From Candidatus Obscuribacterales bacterium (GTDB lineage Bacteria > Cyanobacteriota > Vampirovibrionia > Obscuribacterales > Obscuribacteraceae), in the NCBI GenBank assembly GCA_965228855.1, contig CBDDIJ010000002.1, positions 1,568,001 to 1,632,000 on the forward strand: a stretch of DNA of 64,000 nt. The letters run 5' to 3'. A model generated the notes under the pieces. The model did not search any database, was not told the DNA's origin, and saw only the letters and a list, made by a program, of their open reading frames with translations. The translations under genes were made by a program, and so were the position numbers. Within the stretch, counting starts at the first letter, position 1, and each line of letters opens with the position of its first letter. Shown in pieces: positions 46,765 to 57,292 of the stretch.

Positions 46765-49700
46765 CTAGGGGCGACGCGGATCCGGACCTGGCGGTTGCTG
46801 TTGCTGACGTGCCTTCCGAGCCTCATCGTAGGCCTTGAAGAACTGCGGTGTGATTAGCGGTCTGAACGATGCCGGGAAGTTCTTTTGAGCATCTGCAAAT
46901 GCTTCCGGAGTCTTAAGCCGCTCTGCGATCTGTTGAGGATTCGCCAGCAAGAGGTGAACGAATTCTGGTCCGCCTTGCTTCTGGAGCATGTCCTGTAGAT
47001 CTTTGGCAGTCTGGTTGAATTGATCGCCTTTGAATGAATTGAGTGCCTCTGGTGTCTTCGACGCCGCATCGAAAAATGCGTCGAGGTTTTGTGGCGTTAT
47101 GACACCGGCAGGCAGTCTCAGATCAAGGGCTAGTTGCTGCATCTTCGCTATCACTGCTGGATTCAAACCGTACTTGTCGGTCAGCTCCTTGGCTTGCGCC
47201 TCGCTGATGCCGGTCTCGGGGCTGGCTGGTTTGTCTGCATGGTTAGCGATATTCGGATCTAAGCCGCGATTGTCACCCATCGGTTTCAACTCGCCTGATT
47301 TCAAGTCCAGCCTCATAAGCTTCCCGCCGACGTCATAAACTGCTTCGACGGCTGCCGGGTTGCGGCGCGCTTCTTCGCTGGTCGCTGGAGCACTAAGGCG
47401 CGCTCCTACCTTCTGGCCTTGTGCGTCCAGGATTTCGGTAGGCGCTACGTCGTTGTTGTCGGCGTAGTTGAATTTGAACTTGCCACTACCGGCAGTGTCT
47501 GGGGATTCGACGATTCGTCCCTGGGCGTCAACCGTCATTGTGCGTTGCTTGCCGGTGATGTCGGTCGAAACTCGGGTGGTGCCGTTGGTTTCGGTTCTCA
47601 CACCCATCCGATCGTAAGTGACTTCGCCACTCTTGAACTCGGGCGGATTTTTCTCTTTGCCGTCCGGACCCAGCACTGCTTCTCGCAGTTTGCCGTCTTT
47701 CGGTTTTTCTAAACGCGTTCCGTTCGGTCCTTTTGTTTCAACCTGCGTCAGAGCAAGTTGACCTTCCGGAAGCGGTTCGTATTTAAATGTCGTAGTCTCG
47801 GTTTTTCCATCCGGCAGTGCCCGGGTCATTTCGGTCAGCGCCCCGTTTCCGTCGCGCTTCAAGCTTGAACCGTCCGGGAACTTGCGCCCGATTTCAATTC
47901 CGGATTTATCGATGGTCGATACCGATTTGTCCGGATTGACCATCGCGACATTGCCGTCAGTGCCGGTGACACCAACGTTTCCGTTGTCGTACATCTTCAT
48001 GTCGCCGTTGAAGGACTTACCATCTACGGTCCAGGTCGGCTTGGTCGTGCCGTCGCCGGGCTTGGTCATTTGCCACTTCTGACCACGGGCATCGTAAACC
48101 GTCGGCACGTTTCCTTCTTTTGTGGTCAAACGCCCGTTCGATTCATACTTATCGCCATTCTTTCCGACGATATCGAAGGCACCGCCAGGTTTTTCGACAT
48201 GAGTGCCGGTGAATGAAGCTTCAACTTTATCACCGCGTTTGATCGTCCATTCTGACGTGCCTGGTGGAGTTGACTGGTCGGCAGGTATGCTTTTGCCCTT
48301 CAGAATTTGTCTGTCGCCTTGCTGGTAGCCTCGGAATTCTCCGTTGATTCCATATATGGGAGTGATTGCCTCGGCGCCTTTGTGCGTGACAATGCGTTTT
48401 GGTTGTCCGGCACCATCTGTGGTGACTCTTCGTTCGTCTTTGTACAGCGCATCTATCTCTCCGGTCTTCGGATCGATCATGGCTGTTTTGGGTATCTCGC
48501 TGGTCGCTACCCTCGGGTCATCGAATGTTACCACTCCGCTCGCATCCTGTGTGCCTTTTGCCCACTGGACGCGTCCGTCTCTACCTACGGAACCGGTGTT
48601 GTATAAGGTGTCAGTTTGGCCGTTGTTGGTGTAAGTCATCTTTCCGGCTTTCCAGTCACCGACCGTGAACTTGGAGCCATTGCTGAATTCGACTTCATAG
48701 CCGTTGCTTGCCGTGCCGTCTGATTTCGCGCTCGTATCGCGCGTCATCTTCGTCGGCCTGTTAAAGGCCTGATCCTTGAAGACTACTGTGGTCTTGCCGT
48801 TGACGGTCGTCGCTGTACCTTCTCTCCAACCGTCTTCCGGATTGCCTTTCGAACCGTATCCGTCCCAGAATTTCTTTGGACCTATTGTTCCATCCGGATT
48901 CTCACGAATTCGTGAGTATTCACGCATGTCATATGTGTCTCGTCCGCCATTGCCGCGAACGATCTCTTTTATGTTCTTGTCAGCGGACTCGAAGACCAGG
49001 TCGCCCTTTTCGTTGGTCGAAAAATCACCGGGGATTTTTCCGCTGGCGTCGGCGACAGCTTTATCAAAACCAGGAACCTTCTGACCCTTTGGATTAGTCT
49101 GCCACGAACCATCCTGGTTGCGTTCGACACTGACGTGCTGAGCCGGTTGACCATTGCGAGGCGGAATGTCGATTTCCATTCCGGTCATTTTGCCGTTCGC
49201 ATCGCGCGTAAATTTGTAGCTTTCTCCAGCGCGACGTCCTTGTGTGAACTCCATGCCGGTTAGCTTGCCATCAGCATCTTTAAACAGAAACTGACCGCTC
49301 TCACCGCGCTCAATGGTTCCCTTCGTTACGACATCGCCTTGTTTCGCTTCCCAGGTTCCCGCTTTGTAGTCTCTAGTTTCAGTGCGGTTTTTCTGTGCAT
49401 CGACCGTGGTGATTTTGTCACCATCTGTGGTGCGCGAGAAGATTACTTTGCCGTCGGGTGAGGTGACGGAGACATCACCTTGACCAGGCTTTTGTCCTTT
49501 TGATGGGTCTGCATCGAAGGACCGTGTTCTGTTGCCCGTTGCTGCATCTGTGGACTCGACATAATGGCGATCTTTGCCATCGGGGCCTTTCTCGAGACCA
49601 TCTTGCGCTCGAACCTGCGGCTTGCCGCTGCCGTCGAGACCAATCCGCATTGCGGAGCGCCCGTGGTCAGTTTTAGCTTTATCCAGTTGCAGAGTGACCG

Positions 49701-51366
49701 TGCCGTCATTGTTTCTAGTGAAGCCGGTGACGTTGCCGAAATCTTTGATGTCTTTGAATTGCTGGTCGCTCAGGTTGAGATCCAAGCCCGTTGCTTGCTT
49801 GAACTCGGCTGCGTTTTTGGGACCTTTGCCTGCTTCCCAGTTGGTCGTGGCGCCTGCTGCCGTCTCAGTGACGGTGCGACCCGTTGACTTGTCTGTCGTG
49901 ACCGTAGTACCGTCAGCGCGGACTTCACGAGTTCTGTTTGCATCGAGCTGTTCGCTCTGCACCACAGGTGGTGTCTTGACTTTCGCCGCTTCCTCAGGCG
50001 TAAACGCGGTGCCGTCAGCTTTCTTGAACGTGTACTGCGCCGGTGGACCCGGTTTGTAATCGCTGCTGGCAATGCCGTCTGCGTTGTTTGCCGGATAGGT
50101 TGTAGAGACTGTGCCATCGGCGGCGGTGGCACGAGTCCAGGCCGCCTTGCCTGCCTTGGCGTCTTCTGTAGACTGGAAGCCCGTAACCTGTTGTCTACCG
50201 TCAGGAGCGATCGCGGAGATTTCGTAGCCCGGTTTAGTCGGATCGCCGGTTGTAACTTGTCTTTCGGTCTTGGTCGATCCGTCACGATTTACAGACTTCA
50301 GCATCAGCCCATCGTTTTGTGGGCTTGGCGCGTATTCGGTTTCTGAGACGATACCGCTTGGATGGTCCGCTGGAGCCTTAAGTTCTCTCAGGCGTCCCTG
50401 AGGGTCTCCTGGCGGAAATACGGTATCGGAAACCATATTCCTGCCGATTCTAGTTTCGGAGCCGTCACCGGCCTGGTTCTCACTCTTCAGCACCAGTGGT
50501 GGGCGTTCTGCCGTAGGCGTTCTGCCAAGTACCAGACCTTCTATAGAGGTACCATCCGACGCCTTGGGATAATTCTTCGAGGCTGTCTTATCGTCAAAGT
50601 CCACGAAACGCAAGCCGGTCTCTTTGCTGCCGGTCGCTTCTGTTTTATAACCTGGTTCGTCGCCGTTCGGCTTGACGGTTGCGGTGTAGCGCAGATCATC
50701 TTGCGAGTTGGGCGGCGCCAATTTCATTTCCGCGCCTGGAACTCCCGGCACCTGGGCAACTTCAGTGCCACCTCGTGCATCGGTGTATTTGAAAGCACCT
50801 TTTGTCGTGCCGTCCGGCATCGTAAATTCGCCGCCGGCCCCTGCGAAAATCCGATTCGCTTCTTTGAGCTGTGCTTCGGTAGCCGGCTTCATTTCAACTT
50901 TGCCGTCAGCGCCTTTCACGCCAACGAGAGTCTCGCCGTTTTTAAAAGTCATTGAAGAAAAACGGTCTTTTTCTGGCAGTTGGCTCTGCAATGAAGTGTC
51001 GGCGAAATTTAAGTTGGTGGAACCATCGCCATTAAATGTATGCGAAACACCTTTGAGTGCAGCGGTCTCATAAGTGCGAGTTACCGCTCCAGCGGCATCC
51101 CGCGTCTCCTTGAAGCCTTGAGCTTTCAGTACTGCTTCTTGCGTACTCTCGAGCTGATTGAATTGTGGCTGTAGCTTCTCTGCGGTGGTCGTCCCGACAG
51201 AATCGGTTCCCCAGTTCGCATTCGGCAACCCCGCCTGTGCTGCGGTGTCTGTCGCCTTCGGCAAATCATTGAAGCGCGCACTGAAGATCTCAGGCTGAAA
51301 ATTGGGCTGAGTCTGCTCCGCTGGTCTGTCCGTTGTCTGTGGTTGGGGTTTGTCTGCTGCTACCAT
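46765..51366 (-). CDS. Giant beta-hairpin-rich protein with YD/RHS-like repeats
   Basis: 1533 aa with many T/D/G-rich hairpins (xxDGT), RDANGKMTGM, RDGNGALTEM and VDAQGRIVES. Helical C-terminus; no signal peptide. Confidence 0.7.
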   Translation of the reverse strand: MVAADKPQPQTTDRPAEQTQPNFQPEIFSARFNDLPKATDTAAQAGLPNANWGTDSVGTTTAEKLQPQFNQLESTQEAVLKAQGFKETRDAAGAVTRTYETAALKGVSHTFNGDGSTNLNFADTSLQSQLPEKDRFSSMTFKNGETLVGVKGADGKVEMKPATEAQLKEANRIFAGAGGEFTMPDGTTKGAFKYTDARGGTEVAQVPGVPGAEMKLAPPNSQDDLRYTATVKPNGDEPGYKTEATGSKETGLRFVDFDDKTASKNYPKASDGTSIEGLVLGRTPTAERPPLVLKSENQAGDGSETRIGRNMVSDTVFPPGDPQGRLRELKAPADHPSGIVSETEYAPSPQNDGLMLKSVNRDGSTKTERQVTTGDPTKPGYEISAIAPDGRQQVTGFQSTEDAKAGKAAWTRATAADGTVSTTYPANNADGIASSDYKPGPPAQYTFKKADGTAFTPEEAAKVKTPPVVQSEQLDANRTREVRADGTTVTTDKSTGRTVTETAAGATTNWEAGKGPKNAAEFKQATGLDLNLSDQQFKDIKDFGNVTGFTRNNDGTVTLQLDKAKTDHGRSAMRIGLDGSGKPQVRAQDGLEKGPDGKDRHYVESTDAATGNRTRSFDADPSKGQKPGQGDVSVTSPDGKVIFSRTTDGDKITTVDAQKNRTETRDYKAGTWEAKQGDVVTKGTIERGESGQFLFKDADGKLTGMEFTQGRRAGESYKFTRDANGKMTGMEIDIPPRNGQPAQHVSVERNQDGSWQTNPKGQKVPGFDKAVADASGKIPGDFSTNEKGDLVFESADKNIKEIVRGNGGRDTYDMREYSRIRENPDGTIGPKKFWDGYGSKGNPEDGWREGTATTVNGKTTVVFKDQAFNRPTKMTRDTSAKSDGTASNGYEVEFSNGSKFTVGDWKAGKMTYTNNGQTDTLYNTGSVGRDGRVQWAKGTQDASGVVTFDDPRVATSEIPKTAMIDPKTGEIDALYKDERRVTTDGAGQPKRIVTHKGAEAITPIYGINGEFRGYQQGDRQILKGKSIPADQSTPPGTSEWTIKRGDKVEASFTGTHVEKPGGAFDIVGKNGDKYESNGRLTTKEGNVPTVYDARGQKWQMTKPGDGTTKPTWTVDGKSFNGDMKMYDNGNVGVTGTDGNVAMVNPDKSVSTIDKSGIEIGRKFPDGSSLKRDGNGALTEMTRALPDGKTETTTFKYEPLPEGQLALTQVETKGPNGTRLEKPKDGKLREAVLGPDGKEKNPPEFKSGEVTYDRMGVRTETNGTTRVSTDITGKQRTMTVDAQGRIVESPDTAGSGKFKFNYADNNDVAPTEILDAQGQKVGARLSAPATSEEARRNPAAVEAVYDVGGKLMRLDLKSGELKPMGDNRGLDPNIANHADKPASPETGISEAQAKELTDKYGLNPAVIAKMQQLALDLRLPAGVITPQNLDAFFDAASKTPEALNSFKGDQFNQTAKDLQDMLQKQGGPEFVHLLLANPQQIAERLKTPEAFADAQKNFPASFRPLITPQFFKAYDEARKARQQQQPPGPDPRRP

Positions 51367-51536
51367 ATTCGCGATTCTACCTAGCCAAGGCTGTTCGAGG
51401 AAGTGACATACTGCGGGCGCATATCACTAGGGATATTGCATCATAAGGGACGTTTGTGACTTTATCGTTACCTCTATGTATGCCCGTCTAATCTTTCTTC
51501 CAAGCCCTTACCAGCGCTTTATTTTCGGTATCGGCT

Positions 51537-53738
51537 CTATCTATTTTTCGGTGCCGGCGTCGGGGTTACTTCCGGAATTGGTTGAGGTGTCGACGGTTGC
51601 GCGACTAGTGCGGTTTTCAACTCTTTGATGAACGGCTGTGTATTAGTCCGCAGGCTGGAAAATCGCTGATCCATTGTCTGTAAAGCTCGATCGATCGCGG
51701 GTTGTGGTGCGCCGCCGTCTTTAAGTGCCTTTTGCAGATTTGCTCTCATTTGCGTTTGGAGCTTGCCGACTGCCGTATCTGGTTCTGCCAGCAGTTCCGG
51801 AATCAACTTACCGACTACGGCTCCAGGACGGCTCATCGAACTTACGCCTCCATCAGTGAAGTCGCCAATAAGTTTGTGCTTGGTCGCAAGCTCTAAAAGT
51901 TTATCGACGTTTTGCTCGGTGAACGTTTTCGCTAAACCTTGCTTTTCGGCTCGTTCGCGAGCCTGAGCGAGCACTCTGGCATTGACCTTGTGTTTCGCAG
52001 CAAGTGCAAGAAGTTGTGCATCGGTGACGTTCGACTTATCGGGGCGTTTGTCGCCAGGCTGCGCATCCCCTGGTTTGACCGACTCATCCGGTTTGACCGG
52101 CTGTGGGGCGTCAGATTTGGGCGGCTGGACGTCGCTTGAACCGGGCGTTCTTGTCTCATTGGGTCTAGGCTCAGGCGGTACGGGTTGAACTGCGTCATTC
52201 ACGATCTTTCCGCCAACCCTGGTTGAGATCGCGCCTTCGCTGGTAACGGTGACTCCTTCGTTGCCCGCGTTCAAGATTTCGAAGGCACCTGAATTTCCAT
52301 TACGCAGAACGCCGTTGAATTGAACCGCTTGTTGACCTGGTCTTTGCACTGCCCATGCCGCTCCGCCCTGAGGTCCACTGGTCAGATTCGTATCGGCGCC
52401 TTTTAAGATTAACGTGCCATCTGATCGTTTGAAACCTCTAAACTCGTTGTTTGTGTCGCGTAAAATCTCGATGGTTTGCTGATTACGGTACGCTATCTGT
52501 TTGGTCTGACCGTAATTATCTGCGGTTAGCCGAGTCCCATTTGCATAAACCGACGTCACTTCGCCACTCTGCAAATTGATGATCGCTCCCTGGGGAATCT
52601 CTCCAGCTGCGACTTTCGTTGCGTCCTGTGCGTCGTTGAACTGCACTACTCTTTGACCGGACTCAACTTTTTCTTGACCTTTCCGCCACTGCAAGTGACC
52701 TTTAGAGTCCTGAGTACCAGTCGAGTAAATCGTATCGGTAGCGCCGTTGTGGACGCGTGTCATCTTTCCCTGATTCCAATTTTCTACTTTGTACGCTGTT
52801 TTTTCAGCGGTAAATTCGACTTGAAACCCATTGGAGTTAGCATCGCGGATGGTGTATGCCGGTTTCGGCAACTCCCTAGAACCGGGCTTTGCAGGCTGTG
52901 CCTGGAACGTTACTCTGGTGATACCAGTTGCGACCGTTTCCTTCTGCCCTGGGAGCCATTCGTAGCCGCTCCAGTAGGTCGTATTCTTCTGACCATTGAT
53001 GGACTCTCGTTCACGAGAATACTCTCTCATGTTGAAGAAGTCTTTGTCGCCATTCAAGCGCAGAATGTTTTTGGTCTGTTTGTCTGCGGATTCGTAGCTG
53101 AAATCGCCTTTCCCGTTGACTTTAAAGTCGCCCGAGATCGTTCCATCTTTGATTTGCAGATGCTTAAATCCTGGAACCGATTGTCCGACTGGCTTCGAAG
53201 TCCAGCCACTGTCGCCTTTCTCGAAGATCGAGTAATTTGACTCTGCCCTGTCCTGTCCGGGCGCGAGGAAGTGCATTTTTGAGAGGTTACCGCTGGCGTC
53301 TCTCTCGAAAACCTGTTTCTGTCCGGTTCTGGATCCAGCCGTGAATTCCATGCCGAGTATCAGACCCGATCGCTCGTCGACGTACATTTTTCCAACTTCG
53401 CCGTTTTGATTGAATGGCTGAGGTCGTCCTTTGAACGTCGGAAAGTCGGTAGGTTTGTTTAAGCTATTGAACTTAGAATCAAACGGTCCTTCTTGATGCT
53501 CTGTTTGTCTTCGCGGCGGGAGGAGGTTGTACGCGTCGTCGAAAACGTGATCTGGAGAGAGTCCCGACTGATTGAACGGCTTCGGTGCTTCCGGTCTTTC
53601 TCCGAAGTCTCTTCGCGGTTGGGTTGTCGATCCAGGCTTTGCAGGCTGATCTGACGAGGACGAGAAAGTGTTGTAGGTTTGATCAAAGACGTTACCTTTA
53701 TCTGTAGTTGTGGGTGCAAAATTTGATTCGTAGCTCAT
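51537..53738 (-). CDS. Shorter paralog of the adjacent giant YD/RHS-like protein
   Basis: Shares GMEFTxG, VPGF, IxGDF, ESADK, MREYSR and WxGY blocks with 46765..51366. Likely start ATG 53738 (track starts at 53816). Confidence 0.75.
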   Translation of the reverse strand: MSYESNFAPTTTDKGNVFDQTYNTFSSSSDQPAKPGSTTQPRRDFGERPEAPKPFNQSGLSPDHVFDDAYNLLPPRRQTEHQEGPFDSKFNSLNKPTDFPTFKGRPQPFNQNGEVGKMYVDERSGLILGMEFTAGSRTGQKQVFERDASGNLSKMHFLAPGQDRAESNYSIFEKGDSGWTSKPVGQSVPGFKHLQIKDGTISGDFKVNGKGDFSYESADKQTKNILRLNGDKDFFNMREYSRERESINGQKNTTYWSGYEWLPGQKETVATGITRVTFQAQPAKPGSRELPKPAYTIRDANSNGFQVEFTAEKTAYKVENWNQGKMTRVHNGATDTIYSTGTQDSKGHLQWRKGQEKVESGQRVVQFNDAQDATKVAAGEIPQGAIINLQSGEVTSVYANGTRLTADNYGQTKQIAYRNQQTIEILRDTNNEFRGFKRSDGTLILKGADTNLTSGPQGGAAWAVQRPGQQAVQFNGVLRNGNSGAFEILNAGNEGVTVTSEGAISTRVGGKIVNDAVQPVPPEPRPNETRTPGSSDVQPPKSDAPQPVKPDESVKPGDAQPGDKRPDKSNVTDAQLLALAAKHKVNARVLAQARERAEKQGLAKTFTEQNVDKLLELATKHKLIGDFTDGGVSSMSRPGAVVGKLIPELLAEPDTAVGKLQTQMRANLQKALKDGGAPQPAIDRALQTMDQRFSSLRTNTQPFIKELKTALVAQPSTPQPIPEVTPTPAPKNR

Positions 53739-53930
53739 CGTGTGCAATCTCTTCGGGGAGGCCTGTGCCGCAGGCAATATCAGAATTAGGAGAGATTTGT
53801 CTCGAACACCAAGCAAGGTCCGAGGTGCAACGTTCCTTCAAACGGTTCTATACGGCGAATCGTTTTTTTTGACACACGAAATTTTTCCGACCGAAATAAA
53901 TCGATCTGCAAGCTGCTGTACTGTGACCTA

Positions 53931-55139
53931 TTATTTGATTGCGTTGATAGTTGATGCCACTTGAGAGTCTTTAGCGATCTTCTCAGCGAGAACTTGGAAG
54001 AACCGAGCTCCGCCTTTGGAATTCAGGTGTACGGAATCCTCGAAGTATTCTTTTGGAAAGTCTCTCGGCTCGTTTAAGTCGAGCATCTGGGCACTATATT
54101 TAGTGCACATAGTGTTGAGCGTTTCCATGTAGCGGCTATACAACCCTGGTGGCATAAGTGCGACGTTGTCTTCGGTCAGCGGCATGTTTACCAGGATTAC
54201 CTTAATGCCACGTTCTCTTCCAAGTTCAAGCAGCCTTTCCAGGTAGGAGACCTGCTCTTTGAATTGTTTTTCCTTAAAAGAGGAATAACGGTATCTGTAT
54301 TCCGGCAAGTTGTCTGTGTAGACAGCCCCCGACGCTGCCGGCGGGTGAACGACGACTTCGTTGGGACCACTGTCTTCAGGAAGTTCGAGAAAAGCCTGGC
54401 GACGAATTTCATACGTCGTATGCACTTCGTCTTCAATGTCTCTGTATCCAAGTTGTGCTAGAACGGCTCGGGTAGCCTTATGCTGCATGTACAGAAAATC
54501 GTTGCGATGTCCATACAGGAAACTCAACTTTTCTAAACCGTATTCAGCGACGCTCCAGAAGGAGTTGCGCGCGGACACCGCAACATCGGTGGGATCTTTG
54601 ATGCGGCTCATCAGACGGAAGATTTCAGTGCTTGCCGGGCTCTTCAACGCATTATCCATAAGGTCCCGGGGAGCGACGCCGTAAATAATCACTTTGGGTT
54701 GCTTCTCACCGCTCAACATCGCATTGGCGAGTACATACGCGTCGGACGCCATCTCTCCGCTGAGGGCAAAAGAGAAGGTTGTGAAATTCTTTCCTTGCGA
54801 GCTCTCCAGCAAATGCTCAAGCAGTTTACTTTTGTGATGTAGAGCGACTTTCTGCGACTTGTTCTCGTAAGTAGCATCGCCTCCATGCACTGCCGCCATC
54901 ATTAGAGATGAGCCCATAAGAGCGATATCTGGCGCTGTTTCAGTCTTTTTATAATCCCTAGCTGCCCACCAGACCGTGCTGCGATGCGCAGCCTCGTAGG
55001 GCGAAAGCGGCCATAATCCGATTTGATCTAAAACTCTGCAACCACCGTCCAGCGCGAGCAATGCAAGTGCAGCCCAAACCACATAGCTCGTTTTGAGCTT
55101 TTGAAGAAGTGAGTTTGCTTGTGGTTTGCTCTGGGGCAT
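53931..55139 (-). CDS. SGNH-like O-acyl transfer protein (AlgJ/DltD/DUF1574-like)
   Basis: N-terminal TM anchor, MGSS (Ser) and EDSVHLN (DxxH). Lies directly downstream of the MBOAT gene. Likely start ATG 55139. Confidence 0.75.
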   Translation of the reverse strand: MPQSKPQANSLLQKLKTSYVVWAALALLALDGGCRVLDQIGLWPLSPYEAAHRSTVWWAARDYKKTETAPDIALMGSSLMMAAVHGGDATYENKSQKVALHHKSKLLEHLLESSQGKNFTTFSFALSGEMASDAYVLANAMLSGEKQPKVIIYGVAPRDLMDNALKSPASTEIFRLMSRIKDPTDVAVSARNSFWSVAEYGLEKLSFLYGHRNDFLYMQHKATRAVLAQLGYRDIEDEVHTTYEIRRQAFLELPEDSGPNEVVVHPPAASGAVYTDNLPEYRYRYSSFKEKQFKEQVSYLERLLELGRERGIKVILVNMPLTEDNVALMPPGLYSRYMETLNTMCTKYSAQMLDLNEPRDFPKEYFEDSVHLNSKGGARFFQVLAEKIAKDSQVASTINAIK

Positions 55140-55177
55140 TTTGTATTGTGCTTTTGGGGAAGTGGGTTTGAACTGAA

Positions 55178-56626
55178 CTAGAATTGGAAGTAGATAAATC
55201 GCGGTGATTTGTCTGGAGAAAACTCCATTATCATTAAAGCAAGGGCAAGACACCAGGCAGCTTTGGCGAGTCTCGGAGAGCGTTTGACCAGGTCGGTAGT
55301 GTCCAACCATCCCATCACCAAATGCGATACCGCGAGAATTGGCAAGAGTAAAAATACAGATGGGTAAATGAGCGGATAGTTAACTGTCGGGAGAAACATT
55401 GCTAAGGACTGTGCGCCGGCTTGAACGGTTTCCAGCGTGAACATCTTCTTGAGTATTATTGTGGCTGATGTCATTGTTTCTGCTCGGAACAAGACCCAAC
55501 CTATCAACACGACGTGGAAAGTGAGAAGCGTGGAAACCACTCGCCCGGGAATCGAATCAATTGCGCTGGCAAGCCAGCTGACCGATTTCTTGACGCGTTG
55601 GAATTCACGATGAATGACGAGTGCAAGTCCGTGATAGACACCCCACACCAGAAAATGCATCGCCGCGCCATGCCAGAGTCCGCCCAGGGTCATCGTCAGC
55701 AGCAAATTTCTCGATGTAAGCAGCCGGCTGCACTTGGAACCACCAAGCGGAATGAAGAGATAGTCGCGCAGCCATGTCGATAAAGAGATGTGCCAACGAT
55801 GCCAGAATTCAGAGATGTTGCTTGCGAGATACGGCAAGTTGAAGTTGATGGGAACTTTATATCCGAAGAGCGCTGCGCTACCACGGGCGATATCAGTGTA
55901 TCCGGAGAAGTCGAAGTAGATTTGGAACGCGAAGGCGTAAGCGAAGACCCAGAGATCTAGACCGGAAAAGTGCTGAGGGTTTGCGAACCCGCCCTGCACG
56001 AAGAAGGTCAGATTGTCTGCGATCAAAACCTTCTTGAACAGACCGAGCAAAATCAGGGGTACCCCTTTGTCGATGTGCTCCATTGAGAATTTTGGTGGGT
56101 TTTCAAATTGCGGTACAAAATCTTGAAACCGTTTGATTGGGCCGGCAATCTGGGTCGGGAAGAAACTCGCAAATAGGGCAAATGCTGGAAACGATTTGAC
56201 CGGCGCCGAGCCGCGATAGACATCGACCGTGTAATGGATGAATTCGAAGACGAAAAACGAAATCGCTAATGGCAGCACGATATCGAATGGGATGTGAGGA
56301 ACTTCGAACAGTGGCTTGAAGATTGTTCTGGCGACGTCATCGAGAAAATAGGCGTATTTGAAGTATGCAAGTGTTGCCAGGTTGAGAACTGTCGCTCCGA
56401 TCAACCAAGCTTTCTTGTTGTCTTTCGATCGGTCGATTGCCAGACCTAAGAAGTAATTCGCGACGGTGAGCCCGACAATCAAAAAAATGAACACCGGCCG
56501 CCAGCTCATGTAAAAGAGATAGCTTGCCGCCAGTAGAATTGGAACTCTGAATTTCTGTGGGCTGAGCCAGTACAGCAGTACGACTAGCGGCAGAAAGAGA
56601 GCGTATTGCAGTGAATTGAAGAGCAT
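55178..56626 (-). CDS. MBOAT family O-acyltransferase (AlgI/DltB-like)
   Basis: MLFNS start, LPLAISFFVF, AGPI, IYFDFSGYTDIA, FWHRWHISLSTWLRDY, GLWHGA (catalytic His) and C-terminal FIYFQF. Confidence 0.93.
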   Translation of the reverse strand: MLFNSLQYALFLPLVVLLYWLSPQKFRVPILLAASYLFYMSWRPVFIFLIVGLTVANYFLGLAIDRSKDNKKAWLIGATVLNLATLAYFKYAYFLDDVARTIFKPLFEVPHIPFDIVLPLAISFFVFEFIHYTVDVYRGSAPVKSFPAFALFASFFPTQIAGPIKRFQDFVPQFENPPKFSMEHIDKGVPLILLGLFKKVLIADNLTFFVQGGFANPQHFSGLDLWVFAYAFAFQIYFDFSGYTDIARGSAALFGYKVPINFNLPYLASNISEFWHRWHISLSTWLRDYLFIPLGGSKCSRLLTSRNLLLTMTLGGLWHGAAMHFLVWGVYHGLALVIHREFQRVKKSVSWLASAIDSIPGRVVSTLLTFHVVLIGWVLFRAETMTSATIILKKMFTLETVQAGAQSLAMFLPTVNYPLIYPSVFLLLPILAVSHLVMGWLDTTDLVKRSPRLAKAAWCLALALMIMEFSPDKSPRFIYFQF

Positions 56627-56740
56627 TAAGGACTGCCGTTCCTCAGGTTTACCGTTGTCAATGATAACCAAGAGGACCTATATAGACCTTAAGCTGAGCA
56701 CATGACAAATCAACCGATTGGCGAAACCAAGAAACAACTC

Positions 56741-56787
56741 AAAAAAACAGAAATAAGCTCGACCCCGTGAGGGACAAGCTTATTTCT
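56741..56787 (-). terminator. Intrinsic terminator on the minus strand
   Basis: Minus strand AGAAATAAGCT...AGCTTATTTCT 11-bp stem, then GTTTTTTT. Confidence 0.75.
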
Positions 56788-57028
56788 CGCTTCCAAGAGA
56801 GAGGGAGGAATGCGTAAATTCAGGTCAAAACAGCGGCTATCTCCGTTTAGCCGTCATTATGTTTGTAGTCACAGGTCTGTTGGAGGAGTCTTTCGACTGT
56901 TCGCTCTTTGAGTTTTCTCTAGAGCTGGCGCGTATCGGGTGGGATGAGGTCCTAACGCTTTGCGATGTTCTGAACAATTCAGTGGGTTGTTCTGAACGAT
57001 TTTCGTTCGAGTTTGTGGTTGTGTGTGG

Positions 57029-57292
57029 TTAATAACCTGCAAGAAGGGGATTAACAGCCATTTCGCGCCAGGCTTTGGAGATTGCGTCTCGCATAGCATC
57101 CGCGCATGTTAGAACTTTCGGCACGCCTACGGCTTCGCCGTCGATTCTGATCATAGGATCATCTTGGAGCCGGGTTCCCTCGACGAGCTCGATTGGGACT
57201 GGCAGTCGCTCTTCGGCGATTACCATTTCCAGTCGCTTCAAGACCTTTTGATAGTTGTTGCATCCTGGAGCGTAGATGAGTTCAACCCGCAT
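57029..57292 (-). CDS. Small thioredoxin-like-fold protein
   Basis: MRVELIYAPGCNNY...PMIRIDG pattern and strong SD GAGGAGG. Confidence 0.75.
   Translation of the reverse strand: MRVELIYAPGCNNYQKVLKRLEMVIAEERLPVPIELVEGTRLQDDPMIRIDGEAVGVPKVLTCADAMRDAISKAWREMAVNPLLAGY

Noticed and set aside
46751..46777. T-loop-like gttcgattcccc...agggg suggesting a tRNA fragment or att site
   Set aside because: There is no cloverleaf, no match to either tRNA in the window and no integrase nearby. It overlaps the stop of a large CDS.
57029..57292. Selenoprotein or recoding in the thioredoxin-like gene
   Set aside because: The active-site position is a normal Cys codon and there is no in-frame TGA.
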